A stretch of 32,000 nt of DNA from Bacillus subtilis subsp. subtilis str. 168 (lineage in GTDB: Bacteria; Bacillota; Bacilli; Bacillales; Bacillaceae). Position numbers and translations under genes: made by a program. Shown here one piece after another: positions 1 through 7,270 of this stretch (the stretch's first letter is position 1; each line of letters starts with the position of its first letter). The stretch spans positions 2,220,001 to 2,252,000 of the forward strand of contig NC_000964.3 in assembly GCF_000009045.1 (NCBI RefSeq), written 5' to 3'. Under the pieces are notes generated by a model. The model saw only the letters and a list, made by a program, of their open reading frames with translations. It was not told the DNA's origin and did no database searches.

Positions 1-310
1 TCATGATTTTTATATACATATTTTTTATATTTGTGGTAAGTTATTTGTGTGTTGATGGATGGTATTAAGATGCCTTGTGTGCTGTTTGAATGAACAAGAA
101 TACAATTGGATTGGGAATTGATTAAGGATGCTTAGAGAGGTGTTATATTGGCTCTGAGAGCGTGTTAATGTATGAGTGTGATTAGGTGGAATGTATGATG
201 GGATCCGGTGTAAATTTTTCGTCTTCTTTCCTCAAGAAGTGAAATATGATACAAGGTAAAGCCTCCTACCAACAAAATAAAAACTTATGTTCGACTTTAT
301 TTTCTAAAGA

Positions 311-337
311 AAAGCCCCAAAATAGGGCTTGTTTTTA
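311..337. terminator. Bidirectional intrinsic-terminator hairpin at the 3' end of the lipoprotein gene
   Basis: Stem AAGCCC (312-317) / GGGCTT (325-330) with a 7-nt loop. T-run 332-336 on the + strand and a T-rich run on the - strand (complement of 301-311). Overlaps the yonS stop codon (335-337). Confidence 0.6.
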
Positions 338-946
338 ATGCTCTAAGTTAATTTTTAAGTCTAGCTTGTCCCCTAAATTCTTTAAGTCCTCATTAAATGG
401 AGAAGAGATTCTCAGCCGAATTGATTCTAAATCTTTTATATCCTCTTCGTTATCAAAAACATATATGATGGATCCACTATCATTTACTTTTCCTACGTAC
501 TCGTCGAGAAGCCTGTCACTTTCCAACAATGATGGCTCATCGATTTGTACCCCAGTGCTTGTTGCTAATTGTGCTAGACTTGGTCTGAAACGAACTACTT
601 CATCAGATGTATTTTCTGATTCAATTTGAACATCAATAAAAGGTAGTTGTTCGTTGGCAACAGCGGCAATTACTTTTTTTACAGTAAATTGGATCGGGCC
701 AGTTTTCACAGTGGTTTCTTTATTGCTGATGGCCATTACTTTAGCTGTACCACCATCAATTTCATAAACATCCCCAACTTTTTCAGGACCATTAACTGAG
801 ATGTCTTGGCTTTCTGATGTGTTGGTATCAGTTGCATTGTTTGTGTCTTCTGATGATGAAGAAGACTCTTCACTATTTTTGCAAGCTGCGAGCAATATCA
901 GTGAAGTGATTAATAGTAAAATCCCCAATTTTTTAAACAATTTCAT
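335..946 (-). CDS. yonS: Prophage lipoprotein, 203 aa
   Basis: N-terminus MKLFKKLGILLLITSLILLAAC is a signal peptide with lipobox L-A-A-C, followed by a Ser/Thr/Glu-rich linker. Lies downstream of yonR on the same strand. Symbol assigned from remembered SPbeta gene order. Confidence 0.85.
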   Translation of the reverse strand: MKLFKKLGILLLITSLILLAACKNSEESSSSSEDTNNATDTNTSESQDISVNGPEKVGDVYEIDGGTAKVMAISNKETTVKTGPIQFTVKKVIAAVANEQLPFIDVQIESENTSDEVVRFRPSLAQLATSTGVQIDEPSLLESDRLLDEYVGKVNDSGSIIYVFDNEEDIKDLESIRLRISSPFNEDLKNLGDKLDLKINLEH

Positions 947-1000
947 TTCCCCTTTTTACTCCAGTTATTTTTTCTTTTCTTTCATTTAACTTAATGGTGT

Positions 1001-1014
1001 TAAACAGTTTGTTT
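1001..1014. promoter_or_regulatory. Operator-like 14-mer in the yonR-yonS spacer
   Basis: + strand TAAACAGTTTGTTT is the reverse complement of AAACAAACTGTTTA. The identical 14-mer occurs on the + strand at 1510-1523, upstream of yonR. It contains the GAAA(A)C-N5-GTTTA half-site pattern. Confidence 0.35.
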
Positions 1015-1060
1015 TCTTTTTATTAAACAAATGTTTTACCAGAAGAATTAAGAATAGCTA

Positions 1061-1387
1061 CTAATGTTCTTCGAACTCTTTTTTTAAAAGATAATACAGT
1101 AACTCTTTAGCTTGCTCTTCCGAGATCATTCCATTATATCCAGCAATTAAAGTCTCTGGATCATTTAATATCTCATCGAGATCAAATTGTGCATGTGTGC
1201 CTTTTAGAAGAAAGTCAGTAGATACTCCTAATATATTGCTTAATTTAGTAAGGGTTTTTAAATCAGGTTCAGCCTTACCAATTTCATATTTCCCATATCC
1301 CTGTCTCGTAATTCCTAAGAAATCCGCCATCCGTTGCTGGCTATATCCTTTGGAGGTACGGCATTTTTTTAAACGTTCTCCAAACAT
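1061..1387 (-). CDS. yonR: Xre/Cro-type HTH transcription regulator, 108 aa
   Basis: MFGERLKKCRTSKGYSQQRMADFLGITRQGYGKYEIGKAEPDLKTLTKLSNILGVSTDFLL is a classic HTH_XRE signature. SD GAGGAA lies 8 nt before the ATG at 1387. The 1388-1450 extension in the ORF track overlaps the promoter and has no SD. Confidence 0.9.
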   Translation of the reverse strand: MFGERLKKCRTSKGYSQQRMADFLGITRQGYGKYEIGKAEPDLKTLTKLSNILGVSTDFLLKGTHAQFDLDEILNDPETLIAGYNGMISEEQAKELLYYLLKKEFEEH

Positions 1388-1411
1388 AGTAGGTTCCTCA
1401 CTTTGACAATT

Positions 1412-1440
1412 ATTATATAAGCAAATAGTTTCGTAAACAA
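1412..1440 (-). promoter_or_regulatory. SigmaA-type promoter of yonR-yonS
   Basis: On the - strand: TTGTTT (complement of 1435-1440), 17-nt spacer, perfect TATAAT (complement of 1412-1417). This is about 20 nt upstream of the yonR SD. Confidence 0.55.
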
Positions 1441-1473
1441 AAAGAAGCAAAAAGTTTCATAAAATATATCGGG

Positions 1474-1524
1474 AGAAACTAAAGGTTTCTTTAATTGTTA
1501 ACAGTGTAGAAACAAACTGTTTAC
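1474..1524. promoter_or_regulatory. Two operator-like inverted repeats in the region upstream of yonR
   Basis: Perfect AGAAAC-TAAAG-GTTTCT at 1474-1490 and GAAAC-AAACT-GTTTAC at 1509-1524, centres about 34 bp apart. A related GTTTACGAAAC (- strand, about 1428-1438) overlaps the yonR -35 and spacer. Confidence 0.4.
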
Positions 1525-1986
1525 AGAAGGAGATGTTGATTTGAAAAAGAGAACCTTAGTTAAAGACAAGTTGCTGACTACCTTTCAAGGCTGAGATGGT
1601 CAGTAAATACAAGGGTTATATATGAAGATATGATATAGTAATGTAAGTGGATAAGAATAAATTATGTCTTCGATTCCCTCGGATTCGTTATAAATACGAT
1701 TATTTTTAATGAATGGTTATTCATTTTTAAATTGAAAAACAATTTATTTTTTAAAAATTAATTCTTGTGTTTGACCTGGAATTATGATAGCATTGGTGCA
1801 GACCTGCCCAAGTCATTAAATGCACGTATAATGTTCCTTATACACGCATTACAATACCAATATATGGGGGTATATTTACATCTAATGGTAAAATTAAGGG
1901 AACAGATGTACCCATAGCACTTCCATTTCCACACCCTATCCAAATTTTCATTTTCCTAATTCCACCTCAAAATCACCCTTTTTCAC

Positions 1987-2213
1987 ATCGTAATCGCTAT
2001 CGTAAAAGCCTTAAATATCAACATTTTCCCCTCTTCAAATTTACTCGATTTCTTCAATATTTAGATAAAGCAACCACTTTCCCCTACTCTCACTTATGTT
2101 TTACGATCGTTTATCCCCTAATCACCATTCGATACAGCAAATCTCCTTATGTTTACTGGCTTTTTAAACTCTTTAATATTTTTTACGATAAGCATGTTTT
2201 TAGATTACGATAA
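1987..2213. repeat. Cluster of five TTACGAT / ATCGTAA heptamers (extended form TTTTACGATA) upstream of the yonP-yonO promoter
   Basis: ATCGTAA at 1987-1993 and 1999-2005 (12-nt spacing). TTACGAT at 2101-2107, 2183-2189 and 2205-2211 (last two 22 nt apart). The flanks recur: TTTTACGATA three times, and ATCCCC follows two copies. Confidence 0.4.
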
Positions 2214-2284
2214 TCCCCCCTTCTCTAAATGCTTCAGAATTCACCTCTTAACCTGGAGCTATTAACACACTAGCGAAAAAACAA

Positions 2285-2313
2285 TAGACAAATACAAATA
2301 ATATGTATATAAT
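2285..2313 (+). promoter_or_regulatory. SigmaA-type promoter for yonP-yonO(-yonN)
   Basis: TAGACA (2285-2290), 17-nt spacer, TATAAT (2308-2313). This is about 25 nt upstream of the strong SD GTGAGGAGG of yonP. Confidence 0.55.
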
Positions 2314-2339
2314 AAATCCATAAGTGAGGAGGTGAGATA

Positions 2340-2534
2340 ATGCAAAAGGATTCAGAGAAAGTAACGTACATGTTTAGTAATTTAATTGGATTTTTAGAGA
2401 CTGCTATTATTGAAGGAACTGCTTCACAAGAAGAAAACACTCTTTATGAGGACTATAAACTATTTGGAACAATCGATAAAAAGAGCTATACATATAAAAA
2501 TCTTGTACATAAGTATCTAAAAAGCGATTATTAA
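2340..2534 (+). CDS. yonP: Small acidic protein of unknown function, 64 aa, first gene of the yonO unit
   Basis: Strong SD (AGGAGGTG) 6 nt before the ATG. Sits directly upstream of yonO on the same strand. Confidence 0.75.
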   Translation: MQKDSEKVTYMFSNLIGFLETAIIEGTASQEENTLYEDYKLFGTIDKKSYTYKNLVHKYLKSDY

Positions 2535-2573
2535 ATCAAAAAATATGCATAAAAGTAATAAGGGGAGAATTTA

Positions 2574-5093
2574 TTGAAAGGAAAAAAAGACGGCCTAAAT
2601 AAACAAGTACATATTTACAGTATTGACACTTCTGCTTTTTATAATGATCAAGAAAACAAATTACATAACAAGATTTTAAAATCATATAGGTACAGAGATC
2701 ATCTCAGAAAACTTGAACATGTTGATAAAAAACATAAGAAGTACATAACGCAAAGGATTATTTCCTTAAAAGAAAAGCTTTATAACGCCTTTAACGATCA
2801 TAATCAAATAAGAACACTTAGAACAGATTCTCTGAAAGATAATAATGTGATTTCATTATTTGATTCAGTCTTAACTCGAACGCTGGGAATCAAAGAAAAC
2901 TCTCTCTCTGAAGAGATCATGGTTGTCCAAACTTATCACTTTCAAATTTTAAGGGACATTATTGATAAAGGATTCATACATAACAATGAGAAATACGTTT
3001 ATTTCACTAGCAGTGCCGGTCAAATAAGAACAAAAAAATCTTGTTTTATCAAACAAAGCACCTTAGATAAGTATCAAAATGCTTTAACTTGTGGTCTTAG
3101 TGTGGAGCATATCAATGCTCAAGGTGGAAGCAGCATAAACAAATGGAATAGCTACATGGCCTTATCGAATAGCGCCAGCAGTTCATGGGAAATTGATATT
3201 GATAAAGCAATTGTCGTAAATGACTTAGAAACAAATGTTTCCAGCCTAGTTGATTATATTGACCGGGATACATATGAAATCACACGTAAGATTATGGATA
3301 TTCCTATAGAACATACAGATGGTTGTGGAATGATGCTCCCTAGTTTGAGTCAGAAAAGCTTTATGGTCAGATTACCTTGGGTTAAGGGTCTACTTGTTCC
3401 ATTTGACTTTAGAAAGTTTGCTGAAAAACACAGTTCATTTATAGTTAAAGACGTCTACGGTAAAGAATGGGACATTATTAAAGATGATATCCAAATAATT
3501 TTTACGAAAAGCCAGTTTAAGATGTGGAAGTACTATGATTCTTGGGATGATTATCGCTATAAATTTAAAAAGTATGGATGTTTAGGAGCTAAATTAAATG
3601 AAGAAGATCCATCTGTTGAGGGAAAACTGACTTACCAGATGCTACAAACACTCACGGATATCACAGATGAGGAATTGAAACAAATCAGCTCAAAGACTGT
3701 TAGTGAGATTACTCAATTAGGCACTGATAAAGAAACAATGATGAAAGTTTTAGGGGCTACCGAGAAAAATAAACATAAGACAAGCCTTCAAGAAGCTCTA
3801 CTAATATATCCTGAGCTGCTAAATGATGATCACACCAAAGAAATCATTAAGAATAAGAAGAAGAGTATGATTAAGGACGCCAAATCAGGAAAATTACTTG
3901 TCAGTGACGCCCGGTATACATATTTATGTCCTGACCTATATGCTTTTTGTGAAAGATTGTTTCTTGGAATTGAGAGTCCAAAAGGACTACTTTCAGGAAG
4001 CGATGTCCATTGTTCTTTATATGATGAAGGGTATATTGATATCCTCCGCTCCCCTCACCTATTCAGAGAGCATGGTGTTAGGTGGAACAAGAAAAATGAG
4101 GAATATGAAAAGTGGTTCATTACCCCAGGTGTTTATACCAGCATTCATGATCCGATATCCAAGCTGCTGCAGTTTGACAATGACGGGGATAAGGCCTTAA
4201 TTATTTCTGATGAGCTAATCGTCAATATTGCCAAGCGTAATATGGCGGACATCGTTCCTTTGTATTATGAAATGTCTGTAGCCCAGAAACAAGAGATTAA
4301 TAGCAGAAACATCTATGAAGCACTAACTCTTGCTTATGGAATCAATATCGGGGAGTACAGTAACAACATCACTAAGATATGGAACAGTGACAATATAAAC
4401 CTGGACGTGATCAAATGGTTATGCATGGAGAATAACTTTACTATCGATTTTGCAAAAACCTTATTCATGCCCACCCGCCCTGATCACGTTGATGAGAAAA
4501 TCAAAGATTACATAAAAAATAAAGTGCCCCACTTCTTCATCAATGCAAAGGATAAAGAAGAACATAGCGTAGAATCGATTAATGAAAGTACAGTAAATAA
4601 GTTAGACTCCATTATCCCTTCTGACCGAATCAACTTTGCTGCAGTTGCAGGAAAATTTGATTACCGCTTCTTACTCAAAAACAAAGAGATTAAACTTAAT
4701 GAAGCCGTAATAAATGAATATAAACGTCTTGATCGAAATAAAAAATGGCTTATGAATGATGAAGAAGCTAAACCAGGACAAAAACTTTATGTCTATAAGA
4801 TTATCAAACAAAAACTATTGGAAATACATAATGATGACGGATTTATTACAGATGTATTGGTAAAACATCTATATAAGAAAAAAAGTAAATACAAATCGAC
4901 ACTGTGGGAGTGCTTTGGCGATATTGTACTGGAGAACATTAAGCATAATTTAAAGACCTTTAAAGGATGCTGTATTTGTGGAAAAGCTTTTAAGCCAACA
5001 TCTAACAAAGCGAAGTACTGTCAGTCTTGTGGAAAGAAAAAAGAACGTGACAAATACAAAAAATATAACAAAAAGAGAATTAACCACCGTTAG
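2574..5093 (+). CDS. yonO: Single-polypeptide two-barrel DNA-dependent RNA polymerase (YonO type), 839 aa
   Basis: TTG start with SD AAGGGGAG. Metal-binding motif [11 protein letters not shown] (DNDGD encoded at 4176-4190). C-terminal CxxC..CxxC zinc ribbon plus a Lys-rich tail. Size and context match SPbeta YonO as I remember it. Confidence 0.9.
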
Positions 5094-5336
5094 AAAGTGC
5101 CTTGAGCCTTACTCCCCCAAGGTGTACAGCGATTTTACCGAAAAAAACTTCAACAAAAAAGTGTCTTTATCCCTTGGTGCTACTGGGTTGAGAGCACTTT
5201 TGGAGATAATCGTCATAAGGGAGACAGAAAGCTAATTTCCACATAAAAGGGCTAGTACGTTTCCCCCGTCTATATAAAAGACAATCTTTATTGTTCATTT
5301 AGAATAAATTTAATAATACTTAGGAGGAAATTGATT

Positions 5337-5615
5337 ATGAATAAAACAGAACTAATCGCTAAAGTGGCAGAAAAACAAGGGGTATCTAAAAAAGAAGGAG
5401 CTCCCAGTGTCGAAAAAGTCTTTGACACTATTTCAGAGGCATTAAAAAGTGGAGAAAAAGTAAGTATTCCTGGTTTCGGAACATTTGAAGTTCGTGAACG
5501 CGCAGCTCGTAAAGGGAGAAATCCCCAGACAGGAGAGGAAATTGATATTCCGGCTACAAAAGCACCTGCATTTAAGCCAGCAAAAGCACTTAAAGACGCA
5601 GTCAAAGCTAAATAA
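5337..5615 (+). CDS. yonN: HU-family DNA-binding protein (phage paralogue of Hbs), 92 aa
   Basis: [12 protein letters not shown]...[44 protein letters not shown] is nearly collinear with bacterial HU. AGGAGG lies 8 nt before the ATG at 5337. The TTG at 5331 is too close to the SD. Confidence 0.95.
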   Translation: MNKTELIAKVAEKQGVSKKEGAPSVEKVFDTISEALKSGEKVSIPGFGTFEVRERAARKGRNPQTGEEIDIPATKAPAFKPAKALKDAVKAK

Positions 5616-5774
5616 TCAGTTAATGAGGACGACAGGAAAGGCTACCTGCACGCTTTGTCACAAAGAGCTTATGCTCCTAAAAGTGGCAGAGTTGGAAGTT
5701 ATGGAGGAAATTGTCGACCTCCCCTCTTTTCGCTTTTCATCTTCAACTCCGGGTTAATTAATTATAGTTATTTA

Positions 5775-7270
5775 TTTATGGCATGGGGGTGCCGTCAATA
5801 ATTAGTTGATTACTGATATTTGGGATATCAGTTCTCGACTAATGTTCATTTATGAAGGTAAAGACTAATCTAAATGAATATTAGTGGAGATTCCTCTCCA
5901 GTGTGAACTAGCTTTTCTCGATTAAACAATATCTACTCCCTTCTTTTCTGTATCATTCTGACACAAAACTGCGGCTGGTCATTGCAGTTAGTCGGATAAT
6001 AGTCATTTATGAGGGTGCGAGGTTAACTCGGATGTCTGTATCTTCAGGAGACAGATAAATGGCTATTATCGGGCTAAACATGTCGGTAAGACCTTTGCTA
6101 CTCAAGTTTTTTATGTAGGGTGAATCCCATCACAGTCTTACTATGGGTGACATGTATCCCTGAATATTAATTGCGGTGTACTGCTTCGGCTTACACTTAG
6201 GGAATGTAGATGCGTCTCCCTTCCCTTTAAATAATGCCCTTGTAAGCTTCGATGCTTATTATGCGGTCAACAAAATTTTTCCGGGTAAACGAGGCTTTGA
6301 AATTACATACCCTCGTAAAATAAGTGATATGGTTTTGGGCGCTTGATCACCGCTGTCATTTCACAGAAAAGGATTATTTTCGGTCTTGCCTTTTCCTTTC
6401 ACTTAGTAACATATTCGCTACTTTTCCTTCAAGAAACTTACCTTTCCCATGCACATACCTCCTTACACGGGTCAGAGAAAACTGTGCAAAATAAATGGCG
6501 AGAGTTTGAGACGCTTTGTTTCTCAATAAGGCGTGTAACCTGACAAGAGAGACTGAAAACGCCATTGAGAAGGCTTATAATGGGTCTTTCCTTCTCATTA
6601 TTGGTGTTTCGCCACCATAATGTGTCGAGGTTTAGAGTTAGTATTTCATTGTCTGATCGAGAGTAGCCGATTAATCCCGCGTGGGGGACACTAAAGATAC
6701 CGCGATACGTCCAGCTTTGGGATTCCTTCCATTGCCGCTACTAATCAAGGCTTCACTGTGAATTCAGAGATTTTACACAGTTCTTAAATGAATTAGCTCA
6801 TCTGCCATGTGCAGAAGGAGAATCAGTTTTCGCACAGCGATTACCGGTTTATATGCTCATGTACCATGATGTACAAGGAGTTCCTGAAGACGTTATTTTG
6901 GCGTCTTTTGATATTTCGACTTACTTATAGTTTGTCAACTGCAAAGGTTTCAGTCGCTGAACCCGTAATCAGCGTAATCCCTGTCGATCTGAAGGCTTGC
7001 GTCCCAACGTGAGCTAATGACGTAGGTGAAACGGGGTTAGAATGTAATCAGAACAAGGTCATCTAAATCGTTAGAAGGCCTTTTTGTGCTTGCGTTTTAC
7101 TGATCAGCCGGAATGTGTTTACGAGCCTTCCGGTACGCAAGTTATCAATAATCTCCTTCGGGCGTTTCCCCAACGCCTATCCGACTTATCTTTCATCTCC
7201 TTTATATCCCCTTCTCGGACGTTACCGATGCTTCGGATCATCGGGCTTCCGAAGGAGCTTATTGTACGTA
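5775..7270 (+). ncRNA. Candidate large structured noncoding RNA, or long structured 5' leader of the late operon (class unassigned)
   Basis: About 1.5 kb with no ORF that has an SD. G+C is 42-55% in hand-counted samples against about 30% in neighbouring genes. More than 15 helices, many nested or abutting, including 15- and 16-bp stems and C(UUCG)G loops. T:G pairs make sense only for a + strand RNA. No terminator before the yonK SD. Confidence 0.55.

Noticed and set aside
1-69. Edge ORF ending ..SMIFIYIFFIFVVSYLCVDGWY* (ATG at 4, stop at 67-69)
   Set aside because: It is truncated by the window edge, so the start and SD are not visible. It could be the hydrophobic C-terminus of an upstream gene or a random frame, and cannot be called from this window.
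165-254. 29-codon minus-strand ORF with a good SD (AGGAGG, 7 nt, TTG), translating as MYHISLLEERRRKIYTGSHHTFHLITLIH
   Set aside because: It lies downstream of the yonS terminator and is neither hydrophobic nor toxin-like. I have no supporting context. It may be part of an RNA feature instead.
1388-1450. N-terminal extension of yonR (ORF track start at 1450), and likewise the TTG 10859 extension of the large terminase
   Set aside because: The yonR extension overlaps its own -10/-35 and has no SD. ATG 1387 and ATG 10895 both have well-spaced SDs.
4978-5757. ORFs 4978-5235, 5288-5605 (minus strand) and 5485-5757
   Set aside because: They are alternative-frame or antisense overlaps of the yonO 3' end and of yonN, without SDs. 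The yonO and yonN frames have clear family signatures.
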